From Selenomonadaceae bacterium (GTDB lineage Bacteria; Vulcanimicrobiota; Xenobia; Xenobiales; JADMJV01): DNA of 64,000 nucleotides. The stretch covers positions 22,080-86,079 of the forward strand of contig JBBCJA010000025.1 in the NCBI GenBank assembly GCA_037189585.1, given 5' to 3'. Each line of letters opens with the position of its first letter. Positions within the stretch are counted from its first letter, which is position 1. The position numbers and the translations under genes were made by a program. Positions 10,287 to 18,772 of the stretch are shown here, piece after piece. Under the pieces are notes generated by a model, which worked only from the letters and a program-made list of their open reading frames with translations, did not search any database and was not told the origin of the DNA.

Positions 10287-10596
10287 CGGGATGGCGCTCG
10301 GGGAGAAGATCTCCCTTGCGAAGTGCTCGCAGCCGGTTGAAAGCTCGCTCGACTCGCTCCGCCTTCTCTCGCAGGCGAAGCCCGCGTCGGCGTTCCCAAG
10401 GCTGAGTTTTGGTCTCGGCGTGAAGTTCCTCGATAGCCTGGCGAGCGCTCTTCACGGCGTCTTCCAGGAGCTCTCGCTCCAACTGGTTCTCAAGCTCATG
10501 GGCTTGTGCCCAAAGCGACTTGAGCTCGTGCCCCTCGGCATCGGCCTTGGGAGACACGGCCTTACGCTTTTTGCTTGCTTTCTTTACTAACGCCAT
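10279..10596 (-). CDS. small charged coiled-coil protein
   Basis: K/R/E-rich 105–110 aa ORF overlapping the start of the photolyase-like gene by 8 nt (operon). Confidence 0.35.
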   Translation of the reverse strand: MALVKKASKKRKAVSPKADAEGHELKSLWAQAHELENQLERELLEDAVKSARQAIEELHAETKTQPWERRRGLRLREKAERVERAFNRLRALRKGDLLPERHPDD

Positions 10597-10997
10597 TTCA
10601 CTCACCCTCAAGCGACTCGTCCGCCTCTACGCGCCGCTCGCGAAGGAGGCTCCTGAGCGCGTGAGGCGACATGAGAACCTTTCCTTCGACAGCGAGCTTC
10701 CAGCAGGCCCATAAGTCCGGCGTAGAGCGCGAGAATCGCTAGAATTTTTAGTATCAGGGCTAAGCCCATAGTCTGACTCGAATCTCTCTTTCGCCCCCAA
10801 TTCGTGTATGGTGAGCGCCCGGGGGTACGACGCTGTTCACAGGTCCCCCTCTTTGAGGATAAGGCCTTGTAAGCACGGAACACTTTAGCCTTGGAGACGG
10901 CTCATTCAAACTCCCGCAGCTAGGATCACCGCGCGATTTGCAGAAATTTAACATCCCGGGGAATAGGCGAACTCGGGCGGCGACGAGAGGGGGTATC

Positions 10998-12041
10998 ATG
11001 AAAGTCTGTCTAGTTCTCACCCATCAGTGCAATCTGGCCTGCTCCTACTGTTACGCGGGCGAGAAGTTCAATCGTCACATGGACGAACGAACCGCCATGG
11101 AGGGCCTCAAGATGCTCCTTTCAGATAGCGGCCCGATGGAGCTGAGCTTTTTCGGAGGAGAGCCGTTTCTTCGCTTCGCGCTGATGGCCAAGGTCTGCCG
11201 ATGGGCCCGCGGGGGTGCCGAACGCTCGGGTCGCCAGCTAAGCTTTCAGGTCACCACCAATGCCACCATCCTGGAAGACAAGCAGCTCCGCTTCCTTAAG
11301 GAATATCAGGTCTGGACGGCGTTGTCCCTCGACGGCCCCGATAATGTTCAAGACGTGGCTCGTCCCTTTGTCAACGGGAGAGGCTCGGGGAAGCTGGTCT
11401 GGCGTAACGTGGAGAAGGCGCTGGAAACACTTGAGCGCGTCCACATCCTGATGGTGGTGACTCCCACCACCATAACCTCGCTGCTTCCCGCCGTGGAACG
11501 CCTGTATCGAGCTGGTGCCAGCCGAATTTCGCTGCTACCCGACCTGGAGGCGGACTGGAGCACGGTCGAAGGCGAAGCGCAAGCGATCTGGGCTCAACTG
11601 GCCCGAATTTCCCTGCTCTCGATGTGCACGGACCAGCCTCTCTATCTGGCTCCTTTCTCCTCCTACTTTCCCGCCAACGAGGTGTATCCCGCCGAGGGCC
11701 AGGGCCAGTGCGACTTTGGAGGACGCCAGGTCACCATCGCTCCCTCCGGCAACCTCTACCCTTGCGCGCGGCTGGTCGGTACCGACCGTCGTCCCGAGGT
11801 GCGCATCGGACATGTCAAAATGGGTTGGGAAAAAAGCAAGGCCGAGGCTCTCAAGCAGGCCGGTGACGAAGGTCTTCGCCAGGGCGGCTGCGGCAAAGGA
11901 GGTTGTCAATGCATCCCCCTGATGCCCGGCGACACAAAGGTCCAGCTCGACCATAGCGCTCGCTTCGCCCACTGGACCCGCGACGCCGCGCTACCGGTAT
12001 CCCGAGAGATCGAGGAAGCCCTCGGGGTATTGGCGCTATGA
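10998..12041 (+). CDS. radical SAM/SPASM-domain enzyme (anSME-like peptide/protein maturase)
   Basis: CNLACSYC (CxxxCxxC) at the N-terminus. C-terminal Cys clusters GQCDFGG...YPCARLVG and GGCGKGGCQC match a SPASM auxiliary-cluster domain. RBS GAGGGGG precedes ATG 10998. Confidence 0.8.
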   Translation: MKVCLVLTHQCNLACSYCYAGEKFNRHMDERTAMEGLKMLLSDSGPMELSFFGGEPFLRFALMAKVCRWARGGAERSGRQLSFQVTTNATILEDKQLRFLKEYQVWTALSLDGPDNVQDVARPFVNGRGSGKLVWRNVEKALETLERVHILMVVTPTTITSLLPAVERLYRAGASRISLLPDLEADWSTVEGEAQAIWAQLARISLLSMCTDQPLYLAPFSSYFPANEVYPAEGQGQCDFGGRQVTIAPSGNLYPCARLVGTDRRPEVRIGHVKMGWEKSKAEALKQAGDEGLRQGGCGKGGCQCIPLMPGDTKVQLDHSARFAHWTRDAALPVSREIEEALGVLAL

Positions 12042-12382
12042 GTGACGGTCAAAGAACACGAAGGAGATTTCTAGCGGACCTCCTCTTTCTCGGCGGTGCC
12101 CTGAGCGCGGGGGCCTTTCTGACTCAGACCGAGGCTCAAGCTCCCGGGACGACTCCAACGCCAGCCTCCACCCCTGTGACGCCGCCGACAAACCCTCCCG
12201 TGGTGCGTGGCCAGTATGTCGCCTCACCCTCACCGGACGGAGACGTGGCCGTGCCTCAAGCCTCCTCGACCTGCGCACCGGTGGTGAAAGGTGAGCCCCA
12301 GCCCCCCACTCCTCCAGAGAGTTTCGAGAGTCAACCTAAAGAAGTTCCGCTGGCCGGCTCGCCTAGTCCGCCAAGAAAATAG
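12038..12382 (+). CDS. small Pro/Thr-rich protein with a twin-arginine signal; candidate rSAM substrate
   Basis: ATGA overlap with the rSAM stop. The N-terminus TRRRFLADLLFLGGALSAGAFLTQTEAQA/P is a Tat motif with an h-region and AxA site. There is a single Cys in STCAPVV. Confidence 0.55.
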   Translation: MSDGQRTRRRFLADLLFLGGALSAGAFLTQTEAQAPGTTPTPASTPVTPPTNPPVVRGQYVASPSPDGDVAVPQASSTCAPVVKGEPQPPTPPESFESQPKEVPLAGSPSPPRK

Positions 12383-12392
12383 GAGATCACAG

Positions 12393-12803
12393 ATGGAGAA
12401 TTCCACTTCTAAAAAGAGTCGCCGGAGGTTTTTGGCCGACCTGCTCTTTGTGGGCGGTGGCCTGACCGCGGCCGCGGTACTGGCTAAGACGACTCTGCTA
12501 GAGGAGATCACACCGACGCCTCCGGTGGCGGCGGGAGAGATGGTGGCGCCTCCGCCACTTGAGGCGACTCCGGCGGCCTACCAAACACCAGAGCCGGAGA
12601 TTGCGAAAAAATGCATCGAGCCTCCCGTCGACCGGCGAAAAATACGAGATCCCATGCAGCCTCCTCCACCCGGTGCTGTGGTCGCTCCCGCGAAGCCCAA
12701 TCCTCAAGTCCACAAGCCAAAACCTGAACCTCAACCTTACACGCACGAGCTTCCTCCAGGCATCATGGGAGAAGTGCGTCTTAAGCGAATCGACACACCC
12801 TAG
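12393..12803 (+). CDS. paralogous small Pro-rich protein with a twin-arginine signal; candidate rSAM substrate
   Basis: AGGAG RBS lies 7 nt before ATG 12393. The leader SRRRFLADLLFVGGGLTAAAVLA is near-identical to that of the upstream gene. The core is divergent and Pro-rich with a single Cys (KKCIEPPV). Confidence 0.55.
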   Translation: MENSTSKKSRRRFLADLLFVGGGLTAAAVLAKTTLLEEITPTPPVAAGEMVAPPPLEATPAAYQTPEPEIAKKCIEPPVDRRKIRDPMQPPPPGAVVAPAKPNPQVHKPKPEPQPYTHELPPGIMGEVRLKRIDTP

Positions 12804-12954
12804 CCATTCGTTCAAATTTCGGAAACCAAATCGTTGAAGCCTCGGCCTATAATGTTTCTCATCGCAACGTAGAAGTGGCTCGCTCTGAGACGATCCTTGA
12901 AGAGATCGCCGGTCGAGAAACTCATGCGAAAATCCAGCCAAAGGCCGTTATGCT

Positions 12955-13611
12955 ATGAACATCTCGAGCGCTAGCCACGCATTGCCTACTTATCTTCGAC
13001 CCGCCAGCGCGCAAACCGCGCCGGGAGTGTCACCGGGCTCTCCCAAAGAAAGCATCTTGACGCGCCTCGGCGAAATGACGGTAGACACCGCCTTTTTTGC
13101 CGCCAATGAGATCGCCGAACTGGGCAAAAACGATCCCGCTCTAGCCATGCGATATGGCGCGACCACCATCAGTGAGAAACTTTTGGAAGGCACCGGCGAC
13201 AACGTCCGTCCCGCCTTCAATCAAGCCATCATCCCCACCATCCGCTTGGCCATCCTGGGAGCCAATATCTATCGGGCGAACGAAACTTTCAAAGACCCCG
13301 GCTCCAACTTGGTCGAGAAAGGTCTGGATGTGGCTCGCGTGGCAACCGACCTGGCGGGTCTGGCTGGAAGCGTGATGCAGTTTGTCCTCCCCGCTCAGGC
13401 TGCTCTGGGTGACACGCTGGTCGGCGTCTCCTACGCCGCCGACTCGGTCAGTCACTCCATTCGTGGCGTCCTCCATGGGGCCGACCGAGTCAAAGTTTGG
13501 AAGAAACAGTTGGCCGAAAAGAAAGCGGCCAAAGCCAAGGCCGAAACTCCCATCACCCCACCGCCCGCCGTGTCGGCGCCAGTGATCAACTCTCCCCTAC
13601 TCGCGACTTAA
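12955..13611 (+). CDS. hypothetical protein
   Basis: 218-aa ORF downstream of the rSAM cluster with an Ala/Lys/Pro-rich C-terminus and no recognised motifs. Confidence 0.4.
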   Translation: MNISSASHALPTYLRPASAQTAPGVSPGSPKESILTRLGEMTVDTAFFAANEIAELGKNDPALAMRYGATTISEKLLEGTGDNVRPAFNQAIIPTIRLAILGANIYRANETFKDPGSNLVEKGLDVARVATDLAGLAGSVMQFVLPAQAALGDTLVGVSYAADSVSHSIRGVLHGADRVKVWKKQLAEKKAAKAKAETPITPPPAVSAPVINSPLLAT

Positions 13612-13621
13612 ACACGCCAGT

Positions 13622-14398
13622 CTAGACCACCGGCATCGTTCCTCCGTCCACGACCAGCTCCGCGCCATAGATGTTTCGTGCATCTTCAGAGGCCAGAAAG
13701 AGCACCGCACCGGCGACATCCTCAGGCGCTCCAGGTAGGCCGCGCGGAATCCCTCCGAGACCGGAGACAAGGTTCCTCCTTGCCGCCTCCCTATCGGTTC
13801 CCGACTCTTTCGCGAGTCTGTCTATCAAGCGACTCGCTGCTTCCGTCTCTATAAAACCCGGGGCCAGGGAGTTCACTCGGACTCCCTTCGGAGCGACTTC
13901 GTTGGCCAACCCTTTGCTGTAGGTCGTCAAGGCCGCTTTCGCCGCGGCATATCCTAAGGTCGACTCATACAGAGGGAAACGGCGCTGTATCGAACTGATA
14001 TGGATTACAACACCGCCATTCGCGGCGAGCATGGATGGAAGAAAGACTCGGTCGAGTCTCACCGCGGCAAGAAGGTTCAGATTCAACTCGTCCCGCCAGT
14101 GCTGCTCCGATAAAGCCGCGAACCCGCCGCCCGGAGAACTCGATCCTCCGACGCAGTTGACCAGGATACTGATCCGGCCGAAGCGCTCTTTCACTTGTCT
14201 TGCCAGCGTTTCAACCCCTTCTGGAGTGGATAAGTCAGCCGTGAAATGATGGCCCGGATGGTCCGCATCCGCTTCTCTCCGAGCGCAAGTGATCACGGTC
14301 GCTCCTTCTTCGGCAAAGCGTCTGGCAATCGCCAAGCCCATCCCCTGGGTACCACCGGTGACAAGCACAATGGCCTCTTGAAATTCTTGATATCGCAT
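13622..14398 (-). CDS. SDR-family oxidoreductase
   Basis: TGGTQGMGLAIA Rossmann motif, NNAG and a YxxxK active-site pattern. Confidence 0.8.
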   Translation of the reverse strand: MRYQEFQEAIVLVTGGTQGMGLAIARRFAEEGATVITCARREADADHPGHHFTADLSTPEGVETLARQVKERFGRISILVNCVGGSSSPGGGFAALSEQHWRDELNLNLLAAVRLDRVFLPSMLAANGGVVIHISSIQRRFPLYESTLGYAAAKAALTTYSKGLANEVAPKGVRVNSLAPGFIETEAASRLIDRLAKESGTDREAARRNLVSGLGGIPRGLPGAPEDVAGAVLFLASEDARNIYGAELVVDGGTMPVV

Positions 14399-14492
14399 GT
14401 TTGGCTCTCCTTACGTCTAATCGAGAGCGAGCGGCCACTGCTCGAGCCAAGCATAGAGGCCGGTTTCGGAAAGTGGAAGAGCCGACGAGAAA

Positions 14493-14840
14493 GTGGGGTA
14501 CGAACTTTTGAGTAAGAAACAAGAATGGACGAGGGAAACTGGTGCCTCCGGAGTGGTCGAGGCCCTCAGCTATCTCGACGGCCGGTGGAAGCTCTCGATT
14601 CTTTTCCAGCTCTTTGGCGGACGCATTCTTCGTTTCTCCGAACTCGAGAAGGCAATCCCCGGAATCTCCCAAAAAATGCTGATCCAACAACTCAGAAGAC
14701 TCGAAGCCGACGGTCTCGTTCTCCGCGAGGTCTTCCCTGAAGTTCCGCCGCGCGTGGAGTATCGACTCACCCCCTGGGGGCAAGCTCTCTGCCCGGTTCT
14801 CGACCACCTTTTGTCCTGGGCGGCGGAAAAAGAGCCTTAA
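14493..14840 (+). CDS. HxlR-family transcriptional regulator
   Basis: LxxLxGRWKLxILxxLxxGxxRFxEL...PxxSQKMLxQxLRxLExDGLVxRxVxPxVPPRVEYxLT signature; divergent from the SDR gene. Confidence 0.75.
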   Translation: MGYELLSKKQEWTRETGASGVVEALSYLDGRWKLSILFQLFGGRILRFSELEKAIPGISQKMLIQQLRRLEADGLVLREVFPEVPPRVEYRLTPWGQALCPVLDHLLSWAAEKEP

Positions 14841-14887
14841 TGTCGAAGGTCGCGGATGGCTTCTTCCAACCCCTGATGCACCAGTTA
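14840..14887 (-). pseudogene. 15-codon 3' remnant of a VWA (CoxE-like) gene paralogue
   Basis: The minus-strand reading ...VHQGLEEAIRDLRH* is identical over 10 aa to the C-terminus of the 17414..18589 gene. DNA differences are synonymous in that frame, and an in-frame stop lies 15 codons upstream. Confidence 0.35.
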
Positions 14888-15103
14888 CTACATGACGCGC
14901 CTGGAGAGCTGTCCTTGCTCGAGCAATGCGACACCAGGTTTTACGGCCATCTCTCGCGCTCCCTCGAGAAGTTGGAGAAGCAAACTTTTTTGGTCGAGCT
15001 GTCGATCCGAGAGCGACCCAATCGACTACGTCATGAAAGAGTCAAGAAGAGCCCCCGGTCCTTCGCAGATCACATCAATCATCCGTTCAAGGAGTCTTCC
15101 AAT

Positions 15104-15538
15104 ATGAAACGCCAAATCTTCGTCAACATCGCCGTCACGGACCTGGCCAAGTCGAGAGCCTTCTTCTCCAGCCTGGGCTTCAGCTTCAACGAGCAGTTCT
15201 GCGACGACACCGCCGCCTGCCTGGTCATATCCGAGGAGATCCACGCCATGCTACTGACCCACGACAAGATGAAGGGCTTCTTGCCCAAAGGCCACGAGAT
15301 CGCCGGTCCCAAGACGCATGAGGCGCTGGTCTGTCTGTCGTGCGAAAGCCGAGAAGAGGTCGACCGTCTGGTGGACAAAGCCATCACCGAGGGCGGCAGG
15401 ACCTTTAGCGAGCCGCAGGACTATGGATTCATGTACTACCGCAGCTTCCAGGACCTCGACGGCCACATCTGGGAGATGGCGCACATGGATATGAGCAAGA
15501 TACCTAGCGAAGAGCCCACGAAGGCCGGAAAAGCCTAG
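15104..15538 (+). CDS. VOC/glyoxalase-family protein
   Basis: MKRQIFVNIAVTDLAKSRAFF...YRSFQDLDGHIWE glyoxalase/bleomycin-resistance fold motifs. AAGGAG RBS before ATG 15104. Confidence 0.65.
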   Translation: MKRQIFVNIAVTDLAKSRAFFSSLGFSFNEQFCDDTAACLVISEEIHAMLLTHDKMKGFLPKGHEIAGPKTHEALVCLSCESREEVDRLVDKAITEGGRTFSEPQDYGFMYYRSFQDLDGHIWEMAHMDMSKIPSEEPTKAGKA

Positions 15539-15565
15539 TGCTCCCTCACCATGGAGGTCCTCCTC

Positions 15566-16000
15566 CTACGCACTACTCTTAGGTACGAGCACGAGCACCG
15601 GAATCTCTCGCTGGCCGGCCGCCGCCTTCTCGTAGTCTTTGAAGAACGGCATGATTTCGGACTGCTGGTCGTAGAGGCGTCGTCGCTCGGCCCCTGAGGC
15701 TTGCTCGGCTCGCACGGCGATCGTCTCGCTTCCTACCTCGATCTCGGTCTCAGGGTGGGCGACGAGGTTGTGGTACCAATCCGGGTTGGTAGGCGCTCCA
15801 CCCTTCGAGCCGATGATCACGAAGCGGTCGCCGTCTTCGCTGTAGACCAGAGGATTGACGCGAGTCTTGCCACTTTTGGCGCCTTTATGATGCAGTAGGA
15901 GAACGGGCATCCCCTCGAATCGGCCTCCTACCTTTCCGCCGTTAGCGCGAAATTCTTCGAGAACCTGGGCATTCTGAGCGTCGAGCGCGGCTTTATCCAT
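15566..16000 (-). CDS. deazaflavin-dependent nitroreductase-family protein (DUF385)
   Basis: PVLLLHHKGAKSGKTRVNPLVYSEDGDRFVIIGSKGGAPTNPDWYHNLVAHPE matches the DUF385 core. Confidence 0.65.
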   Translation of the reverse strand: MDKAALDAQNAQVLEEFRANGGKVGGRFEGMPVLLLHHKGAKSGKTRVNPLVYSEDGDRFVIIGSKGGAPTNPDWYHNLVAHPETEIEVGSETIAVRAEQASGAERRRLYDQQSEIMPFFKDYEKAAAGQREIPVLVLVPKSSA

Positions 16001-16033
16001 GGTTTGTCTCCTGTTCTATATCCAAGGTCGAAA

Positions 16034-16783
16034 TCACCATCCGCCGCTGGCGGTGACGATCTCGCCGGTGACCCATCCTGCGTCGTCTGAGGCCAGGAAG
16101 GCCGCGACCTTGGCGATGTCCTCGGGCTTCCCCACCCGGCCAAGGGGAACCTGGGAGACGAGCTGGTCGAGAAAGCCGTCGGGCATGTCCACTCCGGCCG
16201 AACGGGTGCCCTCCGTGTCGGTGTAGCCAGGATTGACCGAGTTGACCCGGATTTTCCGAGGCGCAAGCTCTCTGGCCAGCAGTGGGGTGATGGAGTCGAC
16301 GGCGGCCTTGGTCGCGCAATATACGGTGCTTCCAGGCAGACGCAGTCTGGTCACGTTGGACCCGATGTTGATGATGGCGGACCCCGGGCCCATGCGTTCG
16401 ACCGCCGCCTGCGTGGTCAGCAGCAAGCCCAACACGTTGAGGTCGAACAGCCGGTGGAACACCTCGGAGCTGAATTGCTCGAGGAAGCCGTTCTCGAAGA
16501 CCCCGGCGTTGTTGACCAGGATGTCCAGGCGACCAAAGGCTTTGACTGTCGACTCCACCAGCGAGCGGACGTGCTGTGCTTGCGAGACGTCGGCCTGGAT
16601 CGCCACCGCCTCTCCTCCCCGCTCGATGATATCCGCGACCACGGTATCGGCATCGCTCCGGCTGCTGGCGTAGTTAATCACGACTCGGGCGCCTTCGGAT
16701 GCGAGCTCCGCGGCAATGCCGGCTCCAATCCCCTTGGAGGAGCCGGTTACTATCGCGACCTTTCCTCGCAATTTTTTCGACAT
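16034..16783 (-). CDS. SDR-family oxidoreductase
   Basis: GKVAIVTGSSKGIGAGIA, NNAG and a YxxxK pattern. Confidence 0.8.
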   Translation of the reverse strand: MSKKLRGKVAIVTGSSKGIGAGIAAELASEGARVVINYASSRSDADTVVADIIERGGEAVAIQADVSQAQHVRSLVESTVKAFGRLDILVNNAGVFENGFLEQFSSEVFHRLFDLNVLGLLLTTQAAVERMGPGSAIINIGSNVTRLRLPGSTVYCATKAAVDSITPLLARELAPRKIRVNSVNPGYTDTEGTRSAGVDMPDGFLDQLVSQVPLGRVGKPEDIAKVAAFLASDDAGWVTGEIVTASGGW

Positions 16784-16916
16784 AACAGTTCTCCTGTGTG
16801 GCTCTCTAGTTTTTGACCATACGGTGCACTATTCTTGTAAGTGAGTTCGGAAATGATATCAAGTACGGATTTGAAAGTAACTCACTTACTCGGAGGTAAG
16901 GAAAGGGGCGGTGATC

Positions 16917-17312
16917 ATGAGGCAAAGTTGTGCCGGCGTGGGCGGAAAAGACAAGCTTGAGGAACAGCGGGTTTGTCCGATCCGTTATGCTCTCAAGAGG
17001 GTGGGTGACCAGTGGAGCATGCTGGTCCTGTATTGCCTGACAACGGGCACCATGCGGTTCGGAGAGATGCAGAAACAGATCGGAACGATCTCGGCGCGCG
17101 TGCTGACGCAAACGCTGCGCAACCTCGAGCAAGATGGACTGCTGACGCGGAAGGCTTATCCCACTATTCCGCCGCGAGTGGAATACACGTTGACCGACCT
17201 CGGGCGGTCTCTGGCAAGTTCTCTGGACTCCCTCTTTGTCTGGGCCGAAGAGAACTACGAGCGCGTCCGGGAGGCCCAGGCAAGCTATCGCAAGACGGAG
17301 GTCTCGCAGTAA
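16917..17312 (+). CDS. HxlR-family transcriptional regulator
   Basis: HxlR signature including IPPRVEYTLTDLG. It is a paralogue of 14493..14840 and is likewise divergent from an SDR gene. Confidence 0.75.
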   Translation: MRQSCAGVGGKDKLEEQRVCPIRYALKRVGDQWSMLVLYCLTTGTMRFGEMQKQIGTISARVLTQTLRNLEQDGLLTRKAYPTIPPRVEYTLTDLGRSLASSLDSLFVWAEENYERVREAQASYRKTEVSQ

Positions 17313-17413
17313 GGAGCTTTCGTGAAAACGCCGCCCGTGGCGGTGAAGGTTCGAATAGTGCAGCCATAATGACCTTTGGAGAGCCACTCGCCGGGGACGG
17401 TCCAAGAAGAGCT

Positions 17414-18589
17414 TTAATGACGGAGATCGCGGATGGCTTCTTCCAGTCCCTCGATGGTCAAGGGATACATCGGGAACAGTTGGGAGATGGCCGTTAGCGT
17501 TTCCCCGTGCCAGTAGCGGATCGGCTCGGGGTTGAGCCAGACCGAGTGGGGATAGCGGTCGCGCAGGGAAGTGAGCGACTCCCATCCTCTCTCGGTCTCG
17601 GGGGGACCGAAGAACATGGCGTGGCGACTGGCTACCAGTTCGTAGGGCGCCATCATGGCATCGCCCAACACGATCAGACGATACTCTCGATTAGTGGAAC
17701 GATACAACTCGGCTAATGGTACCTTTTCCCGAAAACGAGCGTCCTTGTAGACCTTTCCGTAGACGCAGTTGTGAAAGTAGTAGGCCTGGAACTCCTTGAA
17801 ATGAGAAGCCTGTGAAGCCGCGGAAAAAAGCGCTTCCACCTGGTGGATGAAAGGATCCATCGTCCCGCCGACATCCATCAATAAAATCACCCGCATGGAG
17901 GGCTCCAACGGCCGGCGGCAGACCACCTCCAGCTCTCCGGCCTGCCGTCCGGTCGCCTCGATGGTGGCGTCGATGTCGAGCTCTTCCTCTCCCGGATTAC
18001 GCCCGAACTGGCGCAGTTTGCGCAAGGCCACCGAGAACTGGCGAACGTCGAGCATCCGGTCGTTGCGGTAGTCTTGATAGCTTCTCTTCTCCGCCACCTG
18101 CATGGCGCGCCGGTTTCGCCCCGGGCCACCGACGCGAAACCCTGGACGGGGGGCGCCCGAGTGCCCAAAGGGTGAAATCCCGCCCGTACCGATGAACTTG
18201 GAGCCTCCGTCGTGCCGTTCTTTCTGCTCCTCGAGAAGCTCGCGGAACATCTTCTCCAGCTCCTCGAAGGGCATCGACTCGAAAAAGGCCCGCTGCTCCG
18301 GAGTCAGCTCGGGGATCTCGCCCTCGGCTGCCTGGCGAAGCCACTCCAAGAACTGGTCCTCGATCTCGGCCGCGGCCAGGTCCACTCCCTGGAAAAAGGC
18401 GGTGAAGGCCTGGTCGAAGCGGTCAAAGTCGGTCTCCGTGGTCATCAGGGTGCAACGCGCCAGATGGTAGAACCCAGTCAAAGTCTGTCCGTGCAGCCCC
18501 TTGGCCATGCCCTGGGCTAGGGTCATCAGTTGCTGCGGGCTGACCTTGAGACCCTGGGAGCGGAGCAGATAGAAGAACCGGACCAGCAC
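17414..18589 (-). CDS. VWA-domain protein (CoxE-like)
   Basis: RVILLMDVGGTMDPF MIDAS-like start of a VWA domain. CoxE-family architecture downstream of a MoxR ATPase. Confidence 0.7.
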   Translation of the reverse strand: MLVRFFYLLRSQGLKVSPQQLMTLAQGMAKGLHGQTLTGFYHLARCTLMTTETDFDRFDQAFTAFFQGVDLAAAEIEDQFLEWLRQAAEGEIPELTPEQRAFFESMPFEELEKMFRELLEEQKERHDGGSKFIGTGGISPFGHSGAPRPGFRVGGPGRNRRAMQVAEKRSYQDYRNDRMLDVRQFSVALRKLRQFGRNPGEEELDIDATIEATGRQAGELEVVCRRPLEPSMRVILLMDVGGTMDPFIHQVEALFSAASQASHFKEFQAYYFHNCVYGKVYKDARFREKVPLAELYRSTNREYRLIVLGDAMMAPYELVASRHAMFFGPPETERGWESLTSLRDRYPHSVWLNPEPIRYWHGETLTAISQLFPMYPLTIEGLEEAIRDLRH

Positions 18590-18772
18590 GGCTAGGGCGT
18601 GTCATCAGTTGGCGTTTCAAGATATACGTAGAACATTTTTGTCCTCCCGAAGTGAGATTTTTCGCCTAATACCAAGCGTATTTAAGATAAAATATCGCTT
18701 CGGGAGGGCGCGGGTACCCACGAAGTGGGTGTCGGGCAAGTGTAGCGACGGAACGCTAATTGATGGCACGTC

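Noticed and set aside
12038-12803. Sulfatase-type formylglycine motif in the rSAM-adjacent small proteins
   Set aside because: The Cys contexts (C-A-P-V-V, C-I-E-P-P) lack the Arg of the C-x-P-x-R sulfatase motif, and the proteins are far too small to be sulfatases. They are therefore treated as a distinct candidate substrate class.
14235-14807. 190-aa minus-strand ORF overlapping the HxlR gene; similar long antisense ORFs occur at 16806..17585, 15928..16319, 35262..35912, 33716..34234, 46243..46765 and 58230..58793
   Set aside because: These lie antisense to genes that have clear family signatures. Their Arg/Ser/Pro-rich composition is typical of GC-rich antisense frames.
14840-15103. N-terminal 88-aa extension of the VOC/glyoxalase ORF (MSKVADGFFQPL...)
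   Set aside because: The 5' end of this extension is a relic of a VWA-gene 3' end read on the wrong strand. A proper AAGGAG RBS precedes the internal ATG at 15104, so the extension is not considered coding.
18590-18772. AT-rich intergenic region with cctcccgaag / cttcgggagg and cccac-gaag-tgggt hairpins between the MoxR and VWA genes
   Set aside because: It is probably just the intercistronic terminator/promoter of the operon. Nothing suggests a defined ncRNA family.
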